Of a stretch of 64,000 nt of DNA, positions 5,790 through 16,017 are shown one piece after another. The position numbers and the translations under genes are program-made. Location: IMG/VR virus record IMGVR_UViG_3300046011_004498, positions 1 to 64,000 of that record, one strand, 5' to 3'. The notes beneath the pieces were generated by a model. It was not told the DNA's origin, made no database searches, and was given only the letters and a program-made list of their open reading frames with translations. Numbering within the stretch: the stretch's first letter is position 1; every line of letters starts with the position of its first letter. This DNA is from a virus.

Positions 5790-6056
5790 ATGTCTGATGA
5801 AGAACACGCTGGCCTTCCCGTCGCAGGATATCGCCCTCAGGGTGATGTCTACATTCGCACCGTTAACGCCAATAAAATTACCGAGGAAAAAATCCTCAGA
5901 ACAATCGACGATCTGCGAAATGAGAAAGCCCCTGATGGTGGTCTGATCCGCGTTGACCAGAGATGGCTGTCGATTGCCACGACCCAACTGGAACAGGGCT
6001 TCATGGCTCTGAACCGGGCAATCTTCCAACCGACAAGGCTTGAGGGAGAGCTCTAA
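5790..6056 (+). CDS. acb2: Acb2-like anti-CBASS cyclic-nucleotide sponge
   Basis: GYR near the N-terminus and RWLSIATTQLEQGFMALNRAIFQP at the C-terminus match the Acb2 pattern as recalled (GYR...[24 protein letters not shown]); ~90 aa; AAGGAG SD. Confidence 0.8.
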   Translation: MSDEEHAGLPVAGYRPQGDVYIRTVNANKITEEKILRTIDDLRNEKAPDGGLIRVDQRWLSIATTQLEQGFMALNRAIFQPTRLEGEL

Positions 6057-6232
6057 AAACAAAGGAGGCGGGGAGTAACAGGGATGACCAGTCCCTTCTC
6101 CCCGCCTCAGCGTGTTCTCGTCCGGGAACCCAAGACCAGACGAACAGCGGCCCAACCATCTCACAGGCAGACAAGTCTTGTATGGCGGTCACTACTCTTA
6201 GATTCAAATACAAATAGAAGAGGTTGCCTCCA

Positions 6233-6922
6233 GTGGCTCTCACACACACAGAAGTCGTTAGTGCATTACCTGCTCACTTAAAGACAGCAGTTACTCCAGC
6301 ATTCGTAGATAAGTTAAACAACATTGTTGCTGACCAACATGTTGCTGAAGAGTTTGAAAGAAACTTCATTACTTATTCTAAAGTTCTTACTGGAGGTAAG
6401 TATAAGACAGGTGATTACTTAAACGCTGTCGCTTACGTAACTTATAAACTCTTGGGACATTCTAACCAAGATGCCTATAAGTATGCCTTTCCTGACAGAT
6501 ATCGTGACATGGTTGCGGCAGGTAAGGATGCAAAGCAGATTAGCTCCTTTGTAGCTGCATACCATAAAGGTCAGCTTGTTACCGCTATTCTGGAACAATC
6601 TATTGTTCCTGCGTGGGTACTACATCAAGGTAAGTTTCACGAAGCTATTGGTGTTCTGGCTGAAGTAGCTTTAGACCCTACAGCTCTAAACAAAGATCGT
6701 GTGGCTGCTGCTGATAGCCTTGCAAAACATCTGACAGCTCCTGTTGCTAAAGAAGTTAATCTGAACATAGGTGTTCAAGAATCTTCTGGCATGATTGAGA
6801 TGAAGCAAATGATGGCAGAGATGGCGCGTCAGCAGAAAGAAATGATTCAGAATGGTGCTGATGTTAAGACTATTGCCGAACAAGGTCTTATCATTGACGC
6901 AACTGCGACTGAGAAACCCTAA
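6233..6922 (+). CDS. Putative terminase small subunit (N4 gp69-like)
   Basis: Immediately upstream of TerL; DYLNAVAYVTYKL motif typical of N4 gp69 homologues; GTG start likely. Confidence 0.75.
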   Translation: MALTHTEVVSALPAHLKTAVTPAFVDKLNNIVADQHVAEEFERNFITYSKVLTGGKYKTGDYLNAVAYVTYKLLGHSNQDAYKYAFPDRYRDMVAAGKDAKQISSFVAAYHKGQLVTAILEQSIVPAWVLHQGKFHEAIGVLAEVALDPTALNKDRVAAADSLAKHLTAPVAKEVNLNIGVQESSGMIEMKQMMAEMARQQKEMIQNGADVKTIAEQGLIIDATATEKP

Positions 6923-8547
6923 TGACCAATCCCATTGTTGACCAGATTAAACAGGAACTTCAGAAGAAGACACTCGATGAGTGGCTTGATGAAGTAGATT
7001 ATAGTGACTTTGACAACTACGTACCGTCAGAGTTTGCATTAATGTATCTACAGTTTATCAAACTGGTTAACGGGAAAGAGGGCGAGCAAAATAAAACCCC
7101 GGTCATCCATCTTAAGATGCTCGACAAATTGGTCTCGGGAAATAGACGCATCGCAAATCTGTGCTTCCGGGGTGCAGCTAAGACCACCCTATTCTTCGAG
7201 TATCTCACCTTATTCATCGCAGTAATGGGTGGTATCCCCGGCTTCGGTGATATTACAGGCATGATCTATGTGTCTGACTCAATGGATAACGGTGTTAAGT
7301 CGGCACGTAAGAACATTGAGTACCGATACTGGAACAGTGAGTTCTTACAGCATTGGCTCCCTTCTGAGGGTGTTAAGTTCACAGATGCGTACATTGAGTT
7401 CCTCTCTAAAGGAGGACATAGACTCGGTGTTAAGATGTTTGGTGCAAAGACGGGTATTCGTGGTACAAAGATTTTCGGAAAGCGTCCGACACTTGCTGTA
7501 CTTGATGACTTAGTGTCAGATGACGATGCTAAGTCTAAGGCTTCCATGAATGCAATTAAGGATACCGTCTACAAAGGTATCGACTATGCCCTTGATCCAC
7601 GTAAACGTATGATCGTGTTCAATGGAACACCCTTCAACTTAGAAGACATTCTTATTGAAGCGGTTCAGTCTGGTGCATGGGACGTAAACGTTTGGCCTGT
7701 ATGCGAACGATTCCCTTGTGAACGTCATGAGTTTGTAGGAGCGTGGGAAGATCGCTTCAGTTTTGACTTCGTTAAAGATCAATACGAGATGTCTGTTCTC
7801 ACTGGAAAGGTAGAAGCCTTCCAACAAGAACTCATGCTTCGTATTTCATCTGAAGAAAACAGATTAGTTCAGGATCATGAACTGCTTTGGTATTCTAGAA
7901 ATGAACTGTTAGCTCGTAAAGCTAACTATAACTTCTACATAACTACCGACTTCGCTACCTCTGATAAGCAATCAGCGGATGACAGTGTCATTTCCGTATG
8001 GGCTTATAACGCTACAGGTAACTGGTTCTGGGTAGACGGAATTGCAGCAAGACAAACAATGGATAAAACCATTGATGCTTTGTTCCGCTTTGTCCGTATT
8101 TATAAGCCACAGTCTGTAGGTATTGAGGTTACAGGTCAGCAAGGCGGGTTCATCCAATGGATTCAAGCTGAAATGTTGAGACAGGATACCTTCTTCAACC
8201 TTGCTTCTTCAGAGAAGAGTGGAGCTCCGGGTATTCGACCAATGCAAAACAAGCTCACCAGATTCAATATGGTGGTGCCTTGGTTCAAGACTCAGAGGAT
8301 GTGGTTCCCTCAAGAGCTTAAGACGGGTCATGTTATGGTTGGTAAAATGATGACCCAGATCAGACTTGCTACATCTAATGGTCTGAAGGGTAAGGATGAC
8401 ATCATTGATACCATCTCAATGTTGGCTTTCCTGAAGCCCTATGCACCATCAGCAGATTACAGTAAGAACCACAACGAAAGTGGAGGCGGTATCTTCCATC
8501 CAGAAGAGGAAGAGATCGAGTATCTTCCTATTAGCCGATACGTCTAA
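6922..8547 (+). CDS. terL: Terminase large subunit (N4 gp68-like)
   Basis: FRGAAKTT Walker A, AVLDD Walker B, GTP coupling motif, TTDFA and DDIID nuclease motifs. Confidence 0.95.
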   Translation: MTNPIVDQIKQELQKKTLDEWLDEVDYSDFDNYVPSEFALMYLQFIKLVNGKEGEQNKTPVIHLKMLDKLVSGNRRIANLCFRGAAKTTLFFEYLTLFIAVMGGIPGFGDITGMIYVSDSMDNGVKSARKNIEYRYWNSEFLQHWLPSEGVKFTDAYIEFLSKGGHRLGVKMFGAKTGIRGTKIFGKRPTLAVLDDLVSDDDAKSKASMNAIKDTVYKGIDYALDPRKRMIVFNGTPFNLEDILIEAVQSGAWDVNVWPVCERFPCERHEFVGAWEDRFSFDFVKDQYEMSVLTGKVEAFQQELMLRISSEENRLVQDHELLWYSRNELLARKANYNFYITTDFATSDKQSADDSVISVWAYNATGNWFWVDGIAARQTMDKTIDALFRFVRIYKPQSVGIEVTGQQGGFIQWIQAEMLRQDTFFNLASSEKSGAPGIRPMQNKLTRFNMVVPWFKTQRMWFPQELKTGHVMVGKMMTQIRLATSNGLKGKDDIIDTISMLAFLKPYAPSADYSKNHNESGGGIFHPEEEEIEYLPISRYV

Positions 8548-8556
8548 GGTCCGATC

Positions 8557-9240
8557 ATGCAAATTAGCTTAGATACTCTCCTGAAGTCTCTGTCTTATGA
8601 GACACTGTCCTTCATGGCTGAAAGCAATCATGCCAACGGTACAATTGCACCTGATCAAGTTCCGAAGGTAGTTGGTCGGATTAACGCTGTACTTCGTCGT
8701 ATGGCTGTTAAATTTGTTCTCAAAGAGAAAACTATTAAGGTGAATGTCACGAATGACATTCGATACTATCCCTTAACAGTTGGCGCTGCATGGATCATGT
8801 CTGATCCTGATGAGCCATTTACAGGTGATGTTGGTCGTATTCTTGGGATAGAAACCCCAACAGGTCGTATGCATGATCTAGGCGACAAAGCTTCTCTTAA
8901 GAGTATCCTCTTACGAGATGATGGTAAGTCATTTGCCATAGACAGTACGTTACCTGCTGGTGTCTATTCGGTTATCTATAAAGCAGCTACGCCTCAGTTT
9001 ATCCCAGATGTTAGCAAACTTGATCAGCAATTAGAAATTCCTGAATCTTTATTAAATGCTTTATATCTTGGTGTCGCTGCAATTACCTATGAAGGTATTG
9101 GAGGTGCTGAGAATCTAGCTATGGCTAGAGATAAGTGGAACCAATATGAAAAAGAATGCATCGAAGCTAAAATCAACTCTGGTGTTGAAGTTGAGGAAAG
9201 CGACGACGGAAACAAGTTTGTTGACCGTGGCTTCTTCTAA
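8557..9240 (+). CDS. Head-tail adaptor (N4 gp67-like)
   Basis: Synteny after TerL; C-terminal FVDRGFF typical of the family. Confidence 0.7.
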   Translation: MQISLDTLLKSLSYETLSFMAESNHANGTIAPDQVPKVVGRINAVLRRMAVKFVLKEKTIKVNVTNDIRYYPLTVGAAWIMSDPDEPFTGDVGRILGIETPTGRMHDLGDKASLKSILLRDDGKSFAIDSTLPAGVYSVIYKAATPQFIPDVSKLDQQLEIPESLLNALYLGVAAITYEGIGGAENLAMARDKWNQYEKECIEAKINSGVEVEESDDGNKFVDRGFF

Positions 9241-9321
9241 TTAAAGTAGATTGGTCAAACGTAATTCCCTAAGAGTTTAGTTCTCTTCTTTCTGCCGTTA
9301 AATTCTTATTCGAGTGACACT

Positions 9322-9555
9322 ATGACGGATTCAGCAGCCCAAGCAGCGATTGCTTCTGCTCTTGCGCGAATCGAAGCAGAGCTTCTTCATCTGAAGACTT
9401 TGGTCGGAGAAAAACCAAATGAGGGATTACGCGGAGATGTAGCCCTTCTAATTGGTATTAAGAATAAAGGCTGGGGATTCGTTCTTGGTCTATTCATCTT
9501 TGCAGGTGCTGTAGGTGCTTCAATCAAATCAGCATTTGTGGACATAATTAAATGA
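9322..9555 (+). CDS. Single-TM lysis-associated protein (holin/antiholin candidate)
   Basis: Coiled segment plus C-terminal TM; first gene of the lysis cassette. Confidence 0.5.
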   Translation: MTDSAAQAAIASALARIEAELLHLKTLVGEKPNEGLRGDVALLIGIKNKGWGFVLGLFIFAGAVGASIKSAFVDIIK

Positions 9556-9800
9556 CCGTTCCTGATCCAGATAATCCTTTACCCGAACCTTCGTTCCACT
9601 GGCGACGTTGGGTAACCATTGGATATGTGGTTGCTACCACAGCACTTTTAGTTGGTATTATCTGGAAATTAACAGATAGTGGTCCGCTAAGAGATGTTGC
9701 TTTAGCTTTAATTGGATCACAAGCTTTTTTCGCCTTTATGTATATGGGCGGGGCTTCTGCATCTGATCTTGCTAGAATTATTGCGAGCTGGAAAAAATAA
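9552..9800 (+). CDS. Putative holin (2 TM)
   Basis: Two TM helices, basic C-terminus, directly upstream of the endolysin. Confidence 0.6.
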   Translation: MTVPDPDNPLPEPSFHWRRWVTIGYVVATTALLVGIIWKLTDSGPLRDVALALIGSQAFFAFMYMGGASASDLARIIASWKK

Positions 9801-10336
9801 TGACCGACACACCCGATCAACGTTTTCAACGTTCTCTCAAAGCTGTCCTCAAGCATGAGGGTGGGTATGTAGACCATCCCCGTGATCCGGGTGGTGCTAC
9901 CAATCTCGGTATTACTCTGGGTACAGCTAAAGCCTACCGTCTGGACATCGACGGTGATGGTGATGTCGATAAGAATGACGTGCGCCTGCTGACGCCCGAG
10001 ACAGCTGCTCCTGTCTACAAGGACGGCTACTGGCTGAAGTGTCAGTGCGATAAGCTGCCTGCTGGTATTGACTACATGGTCTTTGACCTAGCTGTGAACA
10101 GCGGAACCAACAGAGCAATGCGTTATCTTCAGCGTGCAGTAGGTGCAGTTGAAGATGGTAAGATTGGTCCGAAGACTCTCTCGCTTGTTAATAAACTTAA
10201 CGAAGCAGATATTATTCGTACTATGTCTGACATTAGAGAAGAGTTTTACCGTTCTCTTGATACATTCAGTACCTTTGGTAAGGGGTGGATTCGTCGTCTT
10301 AATGACGTGGAGAGAGTTGCCTTAGACTGGGCTTAA
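9800..10336 (+). CDS. Endolysin, glycoside hydrolase family 108 with PG-binding domain
   Basis: HEGGYVDHPRDPGGATNLGIT; FDLAVNSG; DGKIGPKT; FGKGW. Confidence 0.93.
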   Translation: MTDTPDQRFQRSLKAVLKHEGGYVDHPRDPGGATNLGITLGTAKAYRLDIDGDGDVDKNDVRLLTPETAAPVYKDGYWLKCQCDKLPAGIDYMVFDLAVNSGTNRAMRYLQRAVGAVEDGKIGPKTLSLVNKLNEADIIRTMSDIREEFYRSLDTFSTFGKGWIRRLNDVERVALDWA

Positions 10337-10341
10337 GGAGA

Positions 10342-10881
10342 TTGACCATGCCTATTCCATATTCGTTTTTACTTAAGTACATTGGCCTACCCTTAATTGG
10401 GGTTCTGCTACTCTATTTGCTTTACAGCACTGGCTATAATAGCGGAGTTAGTGCAGTAGAGGCTAAGCGTGCTTCTGACCGGGCCGCTCAAGAGTTAGTA
10501 GTTGCACAGCTTAATGGTCAGTTAATGGAGAAAGAACGTCTCCATAAAGCTGAAACGAATGAGATTAGGAATCAACTTCATGTTCAAGAAGCAACATATC
10601 ATAACGCTGTGCAGCTTATTTATGCTGAGCTCGATGACGGCTTGCGCGACAGTGAACGAAGAGCCGCCCATTATCGTGCCCTTGCCGAAACCGGCACCGA
10701 TCAGTGCAGAAGTCTCGCGAGCCATACAGCCCAACTCGACGCAAGCCTTGTCGAGGGCAGATCAGTGGTTGAAGAGCTCCGATCAACTCTTGAACTCCGA
10801 GACTCCCAACTAAGGTTAGTTGGTTCACAACTTATCTCTGACAGACAGCTGTACGAAAACTATGGAACAAGTATCGACTAA
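10342..10881 (+). CDS. i-spanin (Rz-like)
   Basis: N-terminal TM plus coiled coil, downstream of the endolysin. Confidence 0.8.
   Translation: MTMPIPYSFLLKYIGLPLIGVLLLYLLYSTGYNSGVSAVEAKRASDRAAQELVVAQLNGQLMEKERLHKAETNEIRNQLHVQEATYHNAVQLIYAELDDGLRDSERRAAHYRALAETGTDQCRSLASHTAQLDASLVEGRSVVEELRSTLELRDSQLRLVGSQLISDRQLYENYGTSID
10580..10813 (+). CDS. o-spanin (Rz1-like lipoprotein) fully embedded in the i-spanin
   Basis: +1 frame, AGGA SD, signal peptide ending MTA-C, Pro-rich mature part. Confidence 0.8.
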   Translation: MFKKQHIITLCSLFMLSSMTACATVNEEPPIIVPLPKPAPISAEVSRAIQPNSTQALSRADQWLKSSDQLLNSETPN

Positions 10882-13192
10882 GCCGTTGTCTGAACGAGAC
10901 AACAAACTCACAAAGTGGGCTGCTGAGCCTGAGCTCAAAAACCTGAAGGATGAGTTCTTGGCTTGCGAGAGCACTCATGGTGCTCTCGTTGCTAACATCA
11001 ACCAATGGGCCTCTCTGCATAAGGGAGAGCTTCCTGTTGGAATGAAGGCCGATAAGACTCGTTCTCAGGCCCAGCCGAAACTTGTCCGTAGACAGGCTGA
11101 GTGGAAATACTCTGCTCTCTCTGAGCCTATGCTTAGTTCCAACAGACTCTTCACTATTAAACCTACAACAGGTGAAGATCAGGAAGCTGCTGTTCAGAAT
11201 GAACTTCTGTTGAACCATCAGTTCAATAGAACGATGAATCGTGTAGCATTTGTGGATGATTTTGTTCGTTCAGCTGTAGATGAAGGTACGGTTATTGTTC
11301 GTACTGGCTGGAACAGAGAAACACGTAAAGTCAAAAAGAAGGTTGATACCTTTGACTATTACAGCCCTAACAGTGAAGAAGAGAAACAACTTATTGAGCA
11401 AGCTCTTCAAGCTAGAGAAGCTGATCCCACTACGTTTGAACTTCGTGCTGCTTCCTCACTTAAAGCTGCTGTTGCATACTTCGATCAGTTTGAAGAAATT
11501 GTCATTGCTATAGCAACAGGCGAAAAGAACGAAATTGAAGAAGAACAAATTATAAAGAACTGCCCTACAGCAGAGGTTATTGATCCACGTAACCTGCGTA
11601 TTGATCCTACTTGCGGTGGTGATATCACCAAAGCAATGTTTATGATCTACTCTTATGAAACTAATAGAGCGCAGTTACTCGCTGATCGTAAGGCTTTAGG
11701 TTACAAGAACTTAGATAAGGTTGACTGGCAAGCAGTTGGACCTCTGCAAACTGAGTATCATCACGCACAGTCTGCTGATACGTCTTTCCAGTTTAATGAT
11801 AAGTCCCGTAAAAAGGTTGTTGTCCACGAATATTGGGGGATGTACGACATCCACAAGACAGGGCAACTGGTTCCTATTGTTGCTTGTTGGCTCGGTGACA
11901 TCCTCATTCGTATGGCTGAGAACCCGTTCCCTGATGGTCTGCCTCCGTTCGTTATTGTTCCGTACATGCCGCAGAAACGCTCTGTGTATGGGGAAAGCGA
12001 TGCTGCCTTACTAGGTGACCAACAACAGAACATCGGTGCTCTGCTCCGAGGTATGATTGATATTCTCGGTAGATCGGCTGCTGGGCAGACAGGTGTTGCT
12101 GCTGGCACCTTAGATGCTGTCAACAAGAAGCGATTCGAGAACGGACAGAATTATCAGTTCAATCCCAACATGCCTGCACAAAATGCTATTGTGCATCATA
12201 CTTATCCAGAACTTTCGTCTTCAGCTGTAAATCTGATGACGATTCTGAATAATGATGCAGAAAGTATTACAGGTACTAAAGCATTCTCTGGTGGTATGTC
12301 TGGAGATGGTTACGGTAAAGTTGCTGCTGGTATCAGAGGAATGCTGGACTCCGCTGCAAAGCGTGAGATGGGTATTCTTCGTCGTCTAGTTATGGGTCTT
12401 ATTGAGATTGCTCGTAAGTTCATTGCTATGAACCAAGTCTTCTTGAGTGACAAAGAAGTCATTCGAGTTACCAATACTAAACGTATTGGTATTGAAAGAC
12501 CTGAAGATCAGACAGATGAAGAGTTTGTCACTATTAATCGTGCAGAACTTAAAGGCTTTTTTGATATTGAGATTGATATTGCCACCGCTGAAGTGGATGA
12601 AGCTCAGTCTCAAGACCTTGGTTTCATGCTTCAAACCCTTGGACCCAAGGGTGATTGGAATATGGTCAAGATTATCCTGATGGAAATTGCACGCCTTAAG
12701 CGTCTTCCTCATTTGGAAAAAGCCATCAAGGAATACGAGCCTAAGCCTGATCCAGTGGCTGCTAAGAAGGCAGAGCTAGAAGTTGCTCTGTTAGAGGTCG
12801 AGATTGCTGAAGCTCAAGCTAAGTCAGAGCTTATGAAAGCTCAGGCTAAGAAAGCCTTGGCTGAAGCAGGAGAGACTGATCTTGATACAGCAGAAACTGA
12901 GCAGGGTGTTAAACACGAAAGAGCTCTGCAACTGGCTCAAGCTCAAGGTGAAGCAAATCAGACTTATGAAGTTACTAAAGCTCTGGTTAAACCTCAGAAA
13001 GAGGGAGAAAAGCCGGGTGATGTTGAAGCAGCTATTGGTTTCAATGAACTAACTAAAGATGCCAATAAGCCTGCTCCCAGACTTCCTCCGATTGAACCAG
13101 AACCTATGATGCAACAACCTGTTGACATGGCTCCCCCGATGCAAGATCAGGGATTTGCCGGACCAATAGAACCTGTTGAACCATATGTCTGA
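10862..13192 (+). CDS. Portal protein (N4 gp59-like)
   Basis: QPKLVRRQAEWKYSALSEP and VYGESDAALL motifs, ~780 aa, synteny. Confidence 0.92.
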   Translation: MEQVSTKPLSERDNKLTKWAAEPELKNLKDEFLACESTHGALVANINQWASLHKGELPVGMKADKTRSQAQPKLVRRQAEWKYSALSEPMLSSNRLFTIKPTTGEDQEAAVQNELLLNHQFNRTMNRVAFVDDFVRSAVDEGTVIVRTGWNRETRKVKKKVDTFDYYSPNSEEEKQLIEQALQAREADPTTFELRAASSLKAAVAYFDQFEEIVIAIATGEKNEIEEEQIIKNCPTAEVIDPRNLRIDPTCGGDITKAMFMIYSYETNRAQLLADRKALGYKNLDKVDWQAVGPLQTEYHHAQSADTSFQFNDKSRKKVVVHEYWGMYDIHKTGQLVPIVACWLGDILIRMAENPFPDGLPPFVIVPYMPQKRSVYGESDAALLGDQQQNIGALLRGMIDILGRSAAGQTGVAAGTLDAVNKKRFENGQNYQFNPNMPAQNAIVHHTYPELSSSAVNLMTILNNDAESITGTKAFSGGMSGDGYGKVAAGIRGMLDSAAKREMGILRRLVMGLIEIARKFIAMNQVFLSDKEVIRVTNTKRIGIERPEDQTDEEFVTINRAELKGFFDIEIDIATAEVDEAQSQDLGFMLQTLGPKGDWNMVKIILMEIARLKRLPHLEKAIKEYEPKPDPVAAKKAELEVALLEVEIAEAQAKSELMKAQAKKALAEAGETDLDTAETEQGVKHERALQLAQAQGEANQTYEVTKALVKPQKEGEKPGDVEAAIGFNELTKDANKPAPRLPPIEPEPMMQQPVDMAPPMQDQGFAGPIEPVEPYV

Positions 13193-13505
13193 ACTAGAAA
13201 ATGAGCGTAGGGAGTTCCGCCGAAAGGTAGAACTCCTTATTGCTTTAGACCAACTCAAGCATAATGTTTCTTTTCAGAAGCTTATTCTGAATGGATTTAT
13301 GAAAGATGAAGTAATACATCTTACTCGTATTGCTAATAAAGCAATGACGGCTGAAGAAAAGTTAGCTAGAAGCAACCAAGCACAAGCAGCTTTTGTTCTA
13401 GAAGATTACTTTAGTCGTGTACGTAATGAAGGTGAGGATGCTAGGGAAAAGATTCCTGAGCTAGACCGACTCATCGAAATTAAAGAAGAAGAACCTGAAT
13501 CATGA
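13185..13505 (+). CDS. N4 gp58-like hypothetical protein
   Basis: FQKLILNGF motif and synteny. Confidence 0.7.
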   Translation: MSELENERREFRRKVELLIALDQLKHNVSFQKLILNGFMKDEVIHLTRIANKAMTAEEKLARSNQAQAAFVLEDYFSRVRNEGEDAREKIPELDRLIEIKEEEPES

Positions 13506-14716
13506 AGATTACTGATTTTCAAAACATGAGTGATGAAGACATTGCTGGTCTTACTGACTCTTCCTTTGATACTTCTGATATTGTTCCTGAAGAACAACAA
13601 GAAGAGCAAACTGAAACTACTCCTCCTGTTGATGAAGAAGTCGAGGACAAGGCTGAAGCCGACGAAGTTGGAGCCGCAGGCGACAACGAGGAAGGCGAGA
13701 AGCCGAAGGACGAAGACGTTTCTGATTCAGACTTCGACAAGCAAACACCGCCTACTGAGCAGGTCGCTGTAGAGAAAACAGTAGAAGAAAAGAAAAAACC
13801 TCCTGTGGCTGAAGAGCCTAAAGAAGGTAATGTTCCTGCTGAAGAAGCTCCTTCAATTAATTATGAAGAAGCTTATAAGAAGTTAATTGGGCAACCAATT
13901 AAAGCAAACGGTACTGAGATCACTCTAAGAGATGCTGATGAAGCACTTAGACTGATCCAGAAAGGTGCTGGCTACGAGAAGAAGATGGAGGCTTTGAAGC
14001 CTGCTCGTAAGTCTGCTGCAATGCTAGAGGCTGCTGGTCTTCTTGGAGACGACACAGCGTTGTCTCATATGATTGATCTGTACAATGGTAACCCTCAAGC
14101 TATTGCAAGATTAGTAAAAGATCTAAAAATTGATATCTTTGCTCTAGACTTAGACGCAGGTGATCAATATAGAGCTGTAAGTCATCTTCAAACAGATGAA
14201 GCGGTTACCTTTACTGAGACGCTTAAAGAGGTTCGCACCCTTGAAGGCGGTAAGGAAGCACTGGCGCTCATCGATTCCTGGGACCAACCGTCCAAGGACG
14301 CAATTTGGGGAAATGCTGAGGCAGTCCGTCAGATTTTTGAGTACAAGCAATCTGGTGTCTATGACACTGTTGCCACTGAAGTCGAACGTCGTCGTACCCT
14401 TGGTCAAATCCCCGCTGGCACTCCCTTCATCCATGCCTTCAAACAGGTTGGTGACGAGATGGCTAGAGCAGCTGAGGCTCAAAATCCAAGCCCTGCGGTA
14501 GAACGTACTGTGAATACTCCTGCTAACGTGCCTGCGAAGCCCGTTGCTAGAACTCCGGTACATTCTGGTCCCGCACCTCGGAAGGTTGAAACCCCAGATG
14601 TCCGCGCCGCTGCTGCTGCTTCCCCTCGGGTTGGCTCCGGCGTAGCGAAACAAGTTCCTGATATTTATTCGCTGAGTGACAAAGACATAGAAAATATGTC
14701 TTCGCCTCCGGCATAG
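13502..14716 (+). CDS. N4 gp57-like protein (probable scaffold)
   Basis: Acidic N-terminus, KANG motif, position upstream of the MCP. Confidence 0.75.
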   Translation: MKITDFQNMSDEDIAGLTDSSFDTSDIVPEEQQEEQTETTPPVDEEVEDKAEADEVGAAGDNEEGEKPKDEDVSDSDFDKQTPPTEQVAVEKTVEEKKKPPVAEEPKEGNVPAEEAPSINYEEAYKKLIGQPIKANGTEITLRDADEALRLIQKGAGYEKKMEALKPARKSAAMLEAAGLLGDDTALSHMIDLYNGNPQAIARLVKDLKIDIFALDLDAGDQYRAVSHLQTDEAVTFTETLKEVRTLEGGKEALALIDSWDQPSKDAIWGNAEAVRQIFEYKQSGVYDTVATEVERRRTLGQIPAGTPFIHAFKQVGDEMARAAEAQNPSPAVERTVNTPANVPAKPVARTPVHSGPAPRKVETPDVRAAAAASPRVGSGVAKQVPDIYSLSDKDIENMSSPPA

Positions 14717-14733
14717 GGCTGAAAGGGCTCAAC

Positions 14734-15936
14734 ATGTTGCAGTATAAAGCCCCTATCGATGGGCAAGATTCCACGATTAACGGCACTGGCACTGACCAGT
14801 TCCAGACCTTCTTCTGGCTGCGTAAGGCACTGGTGACTGCTCGTAAGAAGCAGTACTTCACTCAGCTGTCTACTACCCGCTCGATGCCCAAGAACATGGG
14901 TAAGACGATGGTCATGTACGAGTATGTCCCGCTTCTGTCGGACAAGAACACGTACAACCAAGGTATCGATGCCGCTGGTGTCGCTACTGTCAACGGCAAC
15001 CTGTACGGTTCGTCCAAAGACATTGGCACCATTACGGATCGTCTGCCTACTCTGACGGAAAATGGCGGTCGCGTTAACCGCGTCGGCTTCACCCGTCTGG
15101 AGCGTAGAGGTACTCTGCAAAAGCTCGGCTTCTTCACCGAGTTTACCGCAGAATCCCTGAGCTTCGACTCGGATGCCGACCTGATGCAGCACCTTTCGAG
15201 GGAACTGCTGAGCGGTGCGGTTGAACTGTCGGAGTCCATGCTTCAAATCGACCTGCTCACCAATGCTGGTGTCGTTGCTTTCCCGGGCGCTGCCACGGAT
15301 GACGACGAAGTTACGGCTGAAGGTGCAGGCGCTACGAAGGTGGCCTACTCCACGCTGACGCGGATGGATCGTATCCTCACGGATAACCTGACGCCGAAGC
15401 ACACCACGATCATCTCGGGTTCGCGTTATGTGGATACGAGAACGATCCAAGCGGCTCGCATCATCTACGGTTCCCCGGAAGCGGTGGCCGAACTGATGGA
15501 CCTTGTGGATCAGTTTGATAAGCCTGCCTTTGTCCCCCTGCATCAGTACGCTGATGCCGGTACGGCCATGGAAGGTGAAGTTGGTGCAATTGGTCCCTTC
15601 CGTGTGATTGAAGTGCCGAACATGCTCCACTGGGCTGGTGCTGGTGCTGAGGTTGTTACTAACCCCGGCTATCGCTCCACTCTGGTTGCTGGCGATGATC
15701 GTTACGACATCTTCCCGCTGCTGGTGGTTGGTGACGAATCGTTCGTTACCATCGGCTTCCAGACGGACGGCAAGTCCATGAAGTTCGACATCACTACTAA
15801 GATGCCGGGCAAGGAAACTGCTGATAAGTCGGACCCCTATGGGGAAACTGGCTTCAGTTCGATCAAGTGGTACTACGGTATCCTCGTGATGCGCCCTGAG
15901 CGTATCGGCTTGATTAAGCTGGTTGTCCGCGAGTAA
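14734..15936 (+). CDS. Major capsid protein (N4 gp56-like)
   Basis: [11 protein letters not shown] and [16 protein letters not shown] motifs; 400 aa; strong codon bias. Confidence 0.95.
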   Translation: MLQYKAPIDGQDSTINGTGTDQFQTFFWLRKALVTARKKQYFTQLSTTRSMPKNMGKTMVMYEYVPLLSDKNTYNQGIDAAGVATVNGNLYGSSKDIGTITDRLPTLTENGGRVNRVGFTRLERRGTLQKLGFFTEFTAESLSFDSDADLMQHLSRELLSGAVELSESMLQIDLLTNAGVVAFPGAATDDDEVTAEGAGATKVAYSTLTRMDRILTDNLTPKHTTIISGSRYVDTRTIQAARIIYGSPEAVAELMDLVDQFDKPAFVPLHQYADAGTAMEGEVGAIGPFRVIEVPNMLHWAGAGAEVVTNPGYRSTLVAGDDRYDIFPLLVVGDESFVTIGFQTDGKSMKFDITTKMPGKETADKSDPYGETGFSSIKWYYGILVMRPERIGLIKLVVRE

Positions 15937-15960
15937 TCTTCGCTATAAAGCGAAGTACAG

Positions 15961-15990
15961 AGGGGGAGGGTCCTGCCCTCCCCCTTTTTG
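15961..15990 (+). terminator. Intrinsic terminator after MCP
   Basis: AGGGGGAGGG/CCCTCCCCCT stem plus T tract. Confidence 0.85.
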
Positions 15991-16017
15991 TTAGACCAAC
16001 CCTGAAAGATTGAACCA

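Noticed and set aside
14665-15630. 321-aa antisense ORF over the major capsid gene
   Set aside because: Mirror ORF expected from the strong codon bias of the MCP; no SD or recognisable motifs.
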